A stretch of 64,000 nt of DNA, from the NCBI GenBank assembly GCA_039621445.1, contig CP154954.1, positions 23,634,954-23,698,953 on the forward strand, read 5' to 3'. Each line of letters begins with the position of its first letter. Within the stretch, counting starts at the first letter, position 1. Origin of the DNA: Euglena gracilis (lineage: Eukaryota). Below the pieces are notes generated by a model. It saw only the letters and a list, made by a program, of their open reading frames with translations, was not told where the DNA came from and made no database searches. Shown in pieces: positions 11,601 to 20,735 of the stretch. A program made the position numbers and the translations under genes.

Positions 11601-13076
11601 CCTCATGTCCAGGGTACTTTTCCAGCGACATTTGGCCAAACTTTCAATCAAAACCTCTATGCTTGGCAAATAACCTGCATGTGCCTTGCTTCTGGCATTC
11701 AATTTTCCATAATGGATGACCATCCTTCTGGTACTTGACCCTTTTTTGTCCACCAAAAATGTGGGGCTGCACACCTGGGGGATTTCACCAACTGGGAACT
11801 GCTCAATCAACCCTGACTTTAGCAATTCTTCACACTGAAGGTCAATTTCTTTTTCATCCTCCTGGGGCATGGGCCAACACTTTTGCCTTAGGGGTTTACC
11901 TTCCCATTCAGGCTTTAGCTCAATGTCCATCAAAACTGGCAGGGGGGAGGACTGAGAAATTGTGGGCAATGGTCCAAAAACATCAGAAAATTTCACCAAA
12001 AGCTCATACAACCTGGGGTGGTCTCTGAATTTCTCAACTTCTTTTTCAAATTCTCCACTCAGATTCTCAGTAAACAATTTGCTGCTTTTTTCATCAGCCT
12101 TTTTCTGGGCCTCCAAAGTCCAAATCCTTTCATGCAAAACTTGGGAAATGCTTTTGAGTTCATCCATCTTGATTGTTGCCTTGGGAGTTTTCACAGGTTT
12201 TGCAAACTGAACATCTTCCACAGGCTGGGCCAGCTGGAAAAACATCACCTCCACATCTTTTCTCACCTCCTGAAAAAGACTCAGCTCACTTTCAATGTCC
12301 TTGGTCAACTCAGCCAAAAAATTGATGTTTTCATGCTCATTCATTGGTTCAAACACCACCACATTGTCCAACCATTCTTTCACTTTTTCATCTGATTCCT
12401 TGGGGGGAACATTCTCCAAAGGAAAACTTGGACTTTCAAAAACTTGCTTGTCTGCAGGTGGGCTGGCAGGCTGGGTTGCCTGCTGCAGGGGGGGAACATC
12501 AGGAACATCTGGGATATCCACTTGAATTCCATCATCCACTGTGGGATACTTCCTGATCTCACCTCTCAGTTCATCCAAACTCCAATTCCTTGAAACTTTT
12601 CTGAGCCAACTGACAATTTTGGGGTCCAAAAGCTCAAAATCCACTTTGAATTGCACAGTGTCCACCACACTCACAAAAGTGTTCCACAGGGGGGAGGGCA
12701 GCACCTTTTTGCACCTGTCACCCACAAACAAGGGAACCCCACTTGAAATTTTCACCCTGGCCACAGTCACCCTTTCCAGCAGGGGGGACCAGTACTGGTC
12801 CACCCAGTCTGGGTGCACCAGGACCATTTTTGTTTCTTCAATGCACAACTTTGTCACCACTTTGCTTAGTTGGCTGAAGGGGGGGTTTGCCCACAGAAAC
12901 TTGGAAGCACCAATTTCACACAACAACCTTTCCCATGAATACCTGTAGGCTGAATTCCCTTTTGTCATGTACAAAGACTGGGTGTGGTTCAGGTGGTTTG
13001 CAAAAAGATCAATGCAAATCTGACCCTCAGAAATCTTCAACTCATCCAAAGCTTTTGACTTCACTGGCTTCACCAA
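8652..13076 (-). CDS. pol: Pol polyprotein: Dam-like MTase - RT - RNase H - integrase - chromodomain (1474 aa open)
   Basis: IDLFA..WANPPF..LVHPDW (MTase); LDMRSGYWQ, MMFGLSNAP, FFDD (RT); VTDSS, WEKE, TDN (RNase H); HKASNH..CEIC, LDF/SDND/NGLVE, WQGPF (integrase); YNVYKIL..FLVWWENFP..TWEP (chromodomain). Confidence 0.95.
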   Translation of the reverse strand: MVKPVKSKALDELKISEGQICIDLFANHLNHTQSLYMTKGNSAYRYSWERLLCEIGASKFLWANPPFSQLSKVVTKLCIEETKMVLVHPDWVDQYWSPLLERVTVARVKISSGVPLFVGDRCKKVLPSPLWNTFVSVVDTVQFKVDFELLDPKIVSWLRKVSRNWSLDELRGEIRKYPTVDDGIQVDIPDVPDVPPLQQATQPASPPADKQVFESPSFPLENVPPKESDEKVKEWLDNVVVFEPMNEHENINFLAELTKDIESELSLFQEVRKDVEVMFFQLAQPVEDVQFAKPVKTPKATIKMDELKSISQVLHERIWTLEAQKKADEKSSKLFTENLSGEFEKEVEKFRDHPRLYELLVKFSDVFGPLPTISQSSPLPVLMDIELKPEWEGKPLRQKCWPMPQEDEKEIDLQCEELLKSGLIEQFPVGEIPQVCSPTFLVDKKGSSTRRMVIHYGKLNARSKAHAGYLPSIEVLIESLAKCRWKSTLDMRSGYWQIPITKRAANLSAFCIPSGRCFRPKRMMFGLSNAPGIFQELMEILTSQCKTDLRVREILKDGHLASFFDDTGVGANSEEDHLYLLEKWFEVCRKNQVRIKLSKCSFLNQSIDYLGFSLGWGMWQANKRNIEPILSFRVQNQRDLRRILGAMNFYRRHVKGFTFDSAPLTDLLKKNVKWRWTEKEESCLNALKRKLSSLDVLGTPRSSGEIVLVTDSSDLGGGSALFQWQTLQQTQIPENFRTSGVKVDGTLKNNYPSEMRLVPLGHYNWKWSEARKKYTTWEKEILSGVLTIASQTRILQNLPIVWMTDNEAATSFLKGEPPLNKRLRRMYVFLHQFKLNIVHVAGCKNELCDFLSRADFENKFEIHFEEEARNAFQKMDVQLDLFLQKIFSLSHRVQVSEKDYLNSELKDFWEKVEVSKPCFIDNEFWFRSAKAMYCEGKLVVPSHLLKVCLDECHKASNHVGAERTLLFFLSHFQSKVSKKDMLEICRAIVMTCEICTLSKQNRPSDRGKVGSLPIPTVSNEVLCLDFVQMDPYNGFDYVLTLVDNLSHFCQFIPTQKTVTGEGVLRLILDRWISVFGKPSVVRSDNDVRFRQPSGFYQTALKALDVKLSFSLPRNPRSNGLVENVNKMFLQNMRALSLSSKDKNWVQLILYCTFLMNSQISPTTMLSPHEMCLGRPAWRLELPPEPVTNPETHSWLLTQMETQEKASQRLKELRKKDFESANKGRVPAKIEEDDYVLVHNKRWPNKSWPKLSPPWQGPFRVLKSRFNSVQIASSPSLGGVIDVSLGLCKKWEVALHEESLLEEDPDLLTGDVVVGDPVEGDTPMPDQGGDPPLQMSEEEHAQLGFYNVYKILKHKYQGGWKFLVWWENFPASSSTWEPVASFVQPGGRMNEVFKNYCVDHNLQSILRQALRMFCDVSECEWGLASQETAWPPPKCFDRAFSHAGGKSSPPGGLLDGFSGQETPTRLAMGGLLSNL

Positions 13077-13861
13077 AGTGTAGCTTTCTGTCTTGAAAAG
13101 TCTGAAAATTCTTTTGATGGTGTGGTCCCATCATGGCTCTGAAGTAAAAACTCCTCACCATCAATGATGATTCTGGGGGGTCTGGTCAGCAACCCACCAA
13201 AAAATTCACTTTCAGTAAAGTCAGTCCCCAAAACTGCCTCGAAGGCATTTGTTTCAACCACAACCGCTTTAAGTCTTAGTGTTTTTTTCTCTAATTCCAA
13301 ACTCACCTCACACACTCCTTCAGAAAAAATGTACTCCCCGTTGCCGATCTGCAGGGGTACCGCAGCACTCCGTTGAATTTTATTCTCTGGAACACATTTC
13401 TTAGAAACTGCAGTTATGGTGGCCCCAGTGTCCAAAATGGCTTGAATTTCCTTTCCATAAACCCTCACTGGCAAAAGATAAGTTTTACACACCATCTGGA
13501 GCAACTGCAAAGCATCAGCCTTTCTCTTTTTGGGGTTCTCACCCTGGGGGGTAACCTGGGTTTGCACTCCCTGGGGTTGAACCGAAGGGGTCCCTTTGCC
13601 TGCCCCCTTCTGGGCTGCTGCCTTCTTTTTCTCAAACTTTTCTTTTGACCAACATCTGTCTTCATAATGCCCTTTTTTGTTACAAAATCGACAGAAAATT
13701 GTGGCTCCAAATCGTGGGGCTGGGGTGTCATCAACTTTTCTTTCACCCTTGCCTTTGCCTTTTCCTTTGCCTTTTCCTTTTCCACCAGATTTTCCACCTT
13801 TTCCAGATTCTGGGACATTTTCACCAACTTTTTCAGATTGATCAGGGGGTCTTTCAATCAA
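13070..13861 (-). CDS. Gag C-terminus (CCHC knuckle) plus aspartic protease; frameshifted against both neighbours
   Basis: CRFCNKKGHYEDRC; ILDTGAT; AVLGTDF. Confidence 0.92.
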   Translation of the reverse strand: MIERPPDQSEKVGENVPESGKGGKSGGKGKGKGKGKGKGERKVDDTPAPRFGATIFCRFCNKKGHYEDRCWSKEKFEKKKAAAQKGAGKGTPSVQPQGVQTQVTPQGENPKKRKADALQLLQMVCKTYLLPVRVYGKEIQAILDTGATITAVSKKCVPENKIQRSAAVPLQIGNGEYIFSEGVCEVSLELEKKTLRLKAVVVETNAFEAVLGTDFTESEFFGGLLTRPPRIIIDGEEFLLQSHDGTTPSKEFSDFSRQKATLW

Positions 13862-14591
13862 TGGTCTGAGATTTTCTTTTTTTCAGCAAATTCCTCTCCA
13901 ACCAATCTTCAGAACTTTTTTCCAAAATTGTTTTTCTCAAATCTGTGAATGTCTCAGAACGATGTTTGTAAAATCTGTCTGCCCTGATGTCTGCATACAT
14001 TCTGGGGTGTAATTTCCTCAGCAACACCAAAAACTTTTCTTGTTCACTCATGGCCTGGGGGCTCAGCCTGGCCATCAAATTGTCCAATTCAATGAAAAGT
14101 TTTTTGATGTCTTGGGGTTCAGGGTTCTGGGAAAGTGCTGGCAATTTGTCAATGGCAGACCTCAAAGTCATGTCATTTTCCAGTGTTGGGAACAAATTTG
14201 CAATTTCCAACAGCACTTTTTCAAAATCATCATTCTCATCCATCACTTTTTCAACCAGTTTTTTCACCTTGGGGGTGCAACATTCCAACAGCCAATCCTT
14301 TTTCTGGACATTTCCAAATGCAACTGCACCAGTTAACCTCAACCATCTGCCAAAATCTTTCAAAAACTCTGGCCAATTTGTGCCATCAAACTCAGGCAAT
14401 TTCACAGGGGGTAATCTTGAACTTTGGGTTGAACTTTGGCTGGGGTTGCTGGAATTTGGTTCCACAATTTGCTTCAGAAATGTTTCAACCTGGGTGATGG
14501 GGTTCACAGGGGTAAACACAGACTGACTGCTGCTGGCTGATTTGATTTCCAATTCCTGCAACCTTCTTTCCAAATCTTCAATGGAGGACAT
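13854..14591 (-). CDS. gag: Gag capsid region
   Basis: First long ATG ORF after the PBS; VKLPEFDGTNWPEF; removing one A from the A7 run near 13880 joins it to the knuckle ORF. Confidence 0.85.
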   Translation of the reverse strand: MSSIEDLERRLQELEIKSASSSQSVFTPVNPITQVETFLKQIVEPNSSNPSQSSTQSSRLPPVKLPEFDGTNWPEFLKDFGRWLRLTGAVAFGNVQKKDWLLECCTPKVKKLVEKVMDENDDFEKVLLEIANLFPTLENDMTLRSAIDKLPALSQNPEPQDIKKLFIELDNLMARLSPQAMSEQEKFLVLLRKLHPRMYADIRADRFYKHRSETFTDLRKTILEKSSEDWLERNLLKKRKSQTID

Positions 14592-15015
14592 TTCTGCAGA
14601 TCACTTTCAAAAAACTCAACCACTGGCTCTGAAAACTGGGAGAAACAGAAACACTGGCCAACCCAAAAAACAAACAAAAACTGAAGAAACCAGAACAGAA
14701 AACCAACCACTGGGTTCAGGACCAGGTCAGCAAGATGATGAAGAACTTGCCTCCACCAAGATCTTGTTCTGGACAGCAAGGTGAACAGCACCACTTACAA
14801 ACTTCCTCAACCAAATAACCAATACAACAACTGTTGACAAACTCTCCACTGTGAACTTGTTCACCACAGCCTCAATGTCAACTTCCTGTTGAAGGTGTTG
14901 TTCTGTACCAGCAACTCGGTTAACCTTGCCTTCAGGAACACCAACTTCTGGAACTTCAATAACCAGTGAAACAATGTTGAATCTCCTCGAAGACGTCTTG
15001 GACGATTGGAACAAC

Positions 15016-15030
15016 AAACCTCTGCGACCA
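15016..15030 (-). promoter_or_regulatory. Primer binding site
   Basis: TGGTCGCAGAGGTTT starting 4 nt inside the 5' LTR; TGG is complementary to tRNA CCA. Confidence 0.7.
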
Positions 15031-15034
15031 ACTT

Positions 15035-15225
15035 TGGACGTCTCAGAATATTCTTTTGTTTTTATTGAAATCCTCGGATTCCCAATTTTTCTTGATATCC
15101 CAATTGTCCCCAAAGACGTAACACAATCAATGTTGAGACATAACCAGAGCCAGCAGTATGCACAGGAGGAAAGGTTCGAATTAGGAATACAAAGTTCGGT
15201 TCAGGCGGTTAGTAAATAGTCCGCA
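15035..15225 (-). repeat. 5' LTR
   Basis: Direct repeat of 8175-8365, adjacent to the PBS. Confidence 0.97.
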
Positions 15226-15642
15226 GCCACCACGTCTGGCCCAAAATTGGCCACGACACCCAAAACTGGCCCGCATTGAACCAGATTACCATGACATTGC
15301 AAAAAATGGACAGAGCAGATTGTCCAACAAAACTCCTTCCAAGAAGTTTATCCCCACAGGGAGGCAATGGGGGGTCCAGCAGGGCAGAACGGGAAGGCCT
15401 GGGGTCGACCCCTCACCCACCACATCATTTTCACCGATTTCGGGAAAACGGGAATTTTGGGCAAAACATTTTTTTGACATTTTTTGAAAAATGAAACCAA
15501 AACGCACGGGTCCAGACTGTACAGTGCCCCCATTGGGGAGGGTTTGGGTCGAAACCAGAGATCTCTTGCCTAGCCCCCCTTCTCCCATAAAAGGGTAAAG
15601 CACAGAAACAGGGAAGAAAACAAAATGTAGTGACATTTAAAC

Positions 15643-16388
15643 CAAGGTTGGCCGTTCGTTTTTTTTTAAACAAAAAAAACATGTTTTTTTTAAAAAAAAT
15701 GTTTTTTTTAAAAAAAACAAAAAAAACGCCACAGGGGGTTTGGGTGAAAATTTTTTTTGGGAGAAGTATTATATAGTTTCCCCTTTTTGTGCAGCTTATT
15801 TCTTCACATGCCTGGAAGAAATAATCAATGCAACAATTCGGGGTTCATGGGCAAAAACATGTTGATTCAAACTGGTGCAAATCCAGCAACGAGATTTTTC
15901 TCAAGGAGTCACTTGGTAGCTTCATCAAACAAAAGAGTGCTCTGGGAGGTTCAAGAAAAGGAATTGTTGCATTTCATCACACGTGTATGGTAAACTGTGC
16001 TCTCGCCTGTCAGTTGACAAGGCGAACAAGCTCACTTTCCTTTACCACTGTTTCAATGCGTTCGGTTGCGACGAGCAATCGGACAACGAGGAGTGAACCC
16101 TATGAAATACAGCGGCCTTTCAAATGTGCCATGCCTTGATTCACTTGGTAGGTTGTATTTTTTGGATGGAGATTTATGGCATCAATTAAAAAAAAGAAGG
16201 GAAAAAAATGCCATTTTCTCGTTCATCTCCCTCGAAGATGTTTTCGACTTTTCCCCCGAAAGGGCGATTTTCAAAAAAAAACACAAGAATTTTGCATTTT
16301 CAAAAAAAACATGTTTTTTATTGCGTTTTTTTTTTAAAAAAAAACGTTTTTTGTTTTTTTAAAAAAAACAAAAAAAACGCCAACCCCG
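15643..16388. mobile_element. hAT-like non-autonomous element
   Basis: 8-bp TSD ATTTAAAC; imperfect TIRs CAAGGTTGGC / GCCAACCCCG; A/T-run subtermini. Confidence 0.7.
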
Positions 16389-17199
16389 ATTTAAACCTTC
16401 ACGTGCCACCAGGCCAGAGCCAGATGGATGTCGATAAATGCCAATAAGCCGAAAAGCCATGTGGGGACCACAGCTGCCCGTGGCCACTGGTGGGGACCGA
16501 TGTGGACCACAGGGACAGGCCAGGGGCCAATGAATGTAAAATTGCCAGCCACAGCACAAACTTGCAAACAGCACAACCAGGTGAAGTAGCAATGTGATCA
16601 GAAGCAAACACAAATGTATCAAAGTTGTCACGGTCCTTTGCCCAGGTCAAATGACCCGCAAGGATGACATTTTGTGCTGAAAAACAACCTGAATCAGGAC
16701 TTGCCCGGATCGCGGGGCGTTTTTTTTCCAGCTAATTTCCCATCGCGGCCAGCCCGACCTCATCCTCCTCTTTCAGATCCTCAACACTGAAGCCAATAAG
16801 TGGGTGTCGGTGGCATTAGCCGGTGATTCTTGTACAGGTGTGCCTGGATTCGGCACAACTGGTGGGAAACGGAGTGGTGGTGTAGCTGGGCGTCTACTCG
16901 ACACCGTACGTACTGCATGCCTTTGGGCTTTCGTCTTGTAACCCAGTGAAACGGCGGAGGTACCGCTACTCGCTTGCCCTACCTCATGTGGAACGCATGT
17001 AGGTGTGTCATTGGGTAGGGGGGAGGCTTTCTCCGTACCCCGGGTGTGGAAAACGGTTGTTGGTGTGGTGGATAACGGTGTTGCCATTGTGGGTAACGGA
17101 GTTGGAAAAGTGGTTGTCATCAAGGTGGATGCCAACGGTGATGGTGGTTTGGGTGGCATTGAAGTGGTGGGTGCTGTGCACAAACCGTGGGAGTGGCAA

Positions 17200-17940
17200 T
17201 CCACAACCATTCGGGTACTGGCATAAAAATGGGTATCCCAAAATTACGTCAGACCCGTGAATTCCGGACTCGTAACCCCAAATATTGGTGAAATGTTGTA
17301 ACTGTGGGGGGGTGTGCTTGGGAATGATGGGCAAGAGTATCTCGAGCACACATCCCAAATCACCACCGCACATGGGGGTGTTTTCCGCGGTTGTAATTTT
17401 GATCGGTTTCTTGGCGCTTACCAAGAGAGGTGTCGGTATTAACCATAGCTGGCACTTCGTTTAAAGCGAAGTAAAAAAAAACACGTTTTTTAAAAAAAAA
17501 CATGTTTTTTTTAAAAAAAACAACAAAAAAAAACGCCATTGAGGGTCCAGGGCAAAAAAAATTTTTGTCTTTAATTTTAGCTTTTTTTGCCCATAGTCGG
17601 TCAGAGAAAGACACCAAATTTGGGATGTTTCAAGTTGAAACATCCCAAAATGGCAGAAAAATGCCCTATTTTGACCATTCTTGTTGAAGACAACCAAAAG
17701 TATTGGTTTTCAAGTCATTTGAGCTAAGGTTGGTTCACCCTTGCGATCAAGGGCAAAATTTGGACCATCATTTTCCCCTTTGTTTTTTTTGCCGTTTTTT
17801 TTGCCCGTTTTTTTTAATAAAAAACAAAAAAAACGTTTTTTTTAAAAAAACAAAAAAACGCCAGCTATGGCATTAACCCCAACCGAAAGCAGTGCAATGC
17901 GACAACCAGTGTCAATGAGAATTTTAATTTTAGTGGAGAA
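17200..17940 (-). pseudogene. Retroviral-type aspartic protease remnant of a second LTR element
   Basis: KIKILIDTGCR near 17900-17935, continuing past the MITE as PIKITTAE..SDVILGYPFL. Confidence 0.6.
17444..17869. mobile_element. hAT-like MITE
   Basis: TIR CATAGCTGGC / GCCAGCTATG; 8-bp TSD GTATTAAC / GCATTAAC. Confidence 0.8.
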
Positions 17941-18520
17941 ATTTTGAATGCGGATTTCTGCTTGGACGAGTAATTCCATTGGTGGTACGCAAAGTGAAGG
18001 GTCTGGCGGAAAGACGTTTGCATGCCAGCTTTCCTATGAACCCTTTCCTACTTTGCTCAGCATTCCGAGCGGAAATGTGGAGTGGGGGGTAGGGGACCCG
18101 AAATAATTCCGGGTACTGACCGTGAAGGCGGATGGGCAGGGGGGGCAAGGTTGACCAGGTCTTACCTCCATCTGTTCATCAGCCCAGAGGTCCGTGCCCT
18201 CGGACCTCGGGCTCCCCTACTCCAAATCCGAACCAGCCGCATAGCCGGCAACAAACGATTGGCTAGCCAGTACCCCCCCCCCCCCCGGGTCCTTAAGCAA
18301 ATGCCTGGTCTGGTTGGCTCGCAACCTGACAGGGGTGTCCCGCGCCACCCCCGCCCCCCCAGGTGCCGTTTGGCCGGACCAACCTAGCCGGCTGGCAGAC
18401 CAACGTAGCCGTCCAACATGCTGTCTAGTCCGTCTGTCCAGATGACAGTCACTGTCGCTAGCCGCCCGGCTGTGCAGACCAAGGGTCATGGCTGGAGAAT
18501 GGGAAGGAATAAATGTGTTA

Positions 18521-18921
18521 GTCTGCGTTAGTCAAGCGGACAGAGGGCCGGCTTCGATCCGTACCTCCGTCAGACGCGCGGGTTCGATCCCGGATCGGAC
18601 CAGCCACAGCATCGCGACGCTACCGGGCGGGGTTAGGAATGGCCACGGCGGGAAGTTCCGATGGCGTCGCTGGTGGACAAACAGAACGGTGGATCGTCCC
18701 ACCGTTCCCGACGGGTGAGCGCCGTAACCATGTGTTACGGCGGTTGCCTGCCTTGCATCGTAGCATCATCTGGCTTTGGCCTTCAGCTCTGCGAGGTAGA
18801 CAACAACACCCGGTCGGGATGGAGGACTTCGAGTGCCTCGTACCCCAGGTAATGCCCCCCAGCGGAGTGCAGCTCCACGGGTGAGAAATGAATGGGTGCA
18901 AAAAATACACACACACACACA
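18521..18921 (+). mobile_element. Possible tRNA-derived SINE
   Basis: tRNA-like head 18521-18602 (TAGTCAAGCGG, GGTTCGATCCC, ends CCA), CG-rich body, (CA)n tail; no TSD found. Confidence 0.4.
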
Positions 18922-20498
18922 AAGTAGAATTTCTGTTAGCAAAGGCCGTAATCTTTCACGTAAGTAATTTTCATGAAATTTCACGGCTTTTGTAAGTAAT
19001 TTCGTGGACCATGAAAAGTTCGATTTTCATTGACTATTAATATTTGCGTCCGACGGAAAGTGAAATGCTTCATTGCACTGGCGGTGTGGGCCTCGTCTTT
19101 TATCAGTCTTGTAAAACATCGTTTTAAATCAGTTTTAAAACAGGCGTCGGAAGTTAGACATAAGGGGGGCTGGTCGTCTTGCCGGCTATTGGCTGTGCCA
19201 GCGGTCTCCCTATGAAGCGCAGTCCTGGACGTAAGAAAATTTTGCGTTCGCAGTTGGGATGGAGTCCAGCCGAAGCCGTCGTGTTCCAAAAAAGGGGGTC
19301 TTTCCCCCAGCTTGTGTGCCACCAGCTTGAAATCCCATCTTCTTCCGAAAAAGTTTTTTCAACAAAAAACCCCTGGCACCTGGGCTGTCCGGGGGGGAGG
19401 GCAAACCCACCGCTCACCACGGCACTAAAAATTGGCACCGCCAGGAATACGGAAAGCCTGGTGGGGGGGGGGGGGTTGGCCCCCAGGTTGAGGGGATTCC
19501 CGTAGAGCCCTGGGGGGGGGGGGTGACAGTTTTCAGAACATGGCAAGAAGAAAACCCTTTTGAAAGATAAAGATTTCAGGAAACACAAGTAAAGGAGTAA
19601 ACAAAAAAAGAAAGTGCGCAATTAACAACAACAGAGCCCTGTGTTTTTTCCGCAAAACACAGGACCCTGACAACAGCTGCCAATACCTTCACTTCTTCTT
19701 CTTCTTTTGTAACTTCTTTGACTAAACTTCACATTCTACACGTAGAACCTGTGAGTGGAAGAATCGGACAAATGGGACGGAAAAAAGAACATTGGCAAAT
19801 CTGGCAAAATTCCAGAATGAAGCCACATGTCCTAAAACTAAAAGCAGACAATGCCAGGTGAAAACACTCCCAAAACACAGGTCAAAGACAGAGCTGCAGC
19901 AAGTGTTCTCTGTGAAATGGAAGCAAAAGTTCCTTCATGTAAAACACCACCAGAAAACCATATGGACCGCCAGAAAATGATAGAAAAATAGAACGCACAA
20001 TAGAAGACCTGCCACACAAGAGGGTGGCACTCAAAATTGTCACCCAGCGGAGCGTATTTTGAAAAAATGGCAATTTTTCGAAAGTGGTCTAGATGCACCA
20101 GAAAAGACCAGGAGAACAATTCTTCAAAAGTCACCTTCAGGGGGGCACACCTGCTTCGACGTTCAATAAATACTGCATCAATATATTCCTTATCCTTCAA
20201 ATAGTTGGATTCTGAGTTCCAAACAAAGAAAAACAACGAATTTCAAGGGGAGAACACACCGGTTTTGCTCCCAATTAGGAAGTCCTTTCCGTCCGCGATC
20301 GCCGCGAATGCTTTAAAATTTATTAGATTTCAATTTTCTGAGATTTCATGAAAATATGGAAAAATGCAATAAAACCGTGCAAATTTCACTTTACTGAAAT
20401 TTCAGGCCTTTTGAAAACTTTTGGCCATTGCTAATTTCTGTTCAGACATACCGGCCGGCGTGCACAGTTTATGTACATAGTGCTCCGGCAATCAGATA

Positions 20499-20735
20499 CC
20501 ACCTCCGCCCCCCTAATTGACCCCCCCCCCCTAATTGACCAAACGCCCGGGGAAAATTTTTTCAACCCCCCCCCCTAATTGACTGCCCGGGGGGATTCTG
20601 TGCTGAAGCACCCCCTAATTGACGATACCCCCCCCTAATTGACGCCCCCCCCCTAATTGAACCCCCCCCCCCTAATTGACCAAAAGGGGGGTCCCGTGGA
20701 GAGGTCCCACGGTCAATTAGGGGGGGGGGAGGTGG
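20499..20735. mobile_element. TA-flanked MITE with CTAATTGAC repeats
   Basis: TIR CCACCTCC..GGAGGTGG, TA on both sides; inverted copy at 32032-32265. Confidence 0.85.

Larger units (their letters stand above)
8175..15225 (-). mobile_element. Full-length Ty3/Gypsy chromovirus-like LTR retrotransposon with adenine-methyltransferase domain
   Basis: 191-bp TG..CA LTRs (one mismatch seen), 5-bp TSD GCCAC (8170-8174, 15226-15230), PBS, gag, PR, RT, RNase H, integrase, chromodomain. Confidence 0.97.
7619..16790. mobile_element. Copy of the GGAGCTGGGG-TIR element family (see 22536-24005) split by the Gypsy insertion
   Basis: 7619-8174 resembles 22536-23240; 16650-16790 resembles 23690-23872; right TIR missing. 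Confidence 0.65.

Noticed and set aside
8652-13076. DIRS element (because of the MTase)
   Set aside because: Has a DDE integrase, protease, direct LTRs and a 5-bp TSD; no tyrosine recombinase seen
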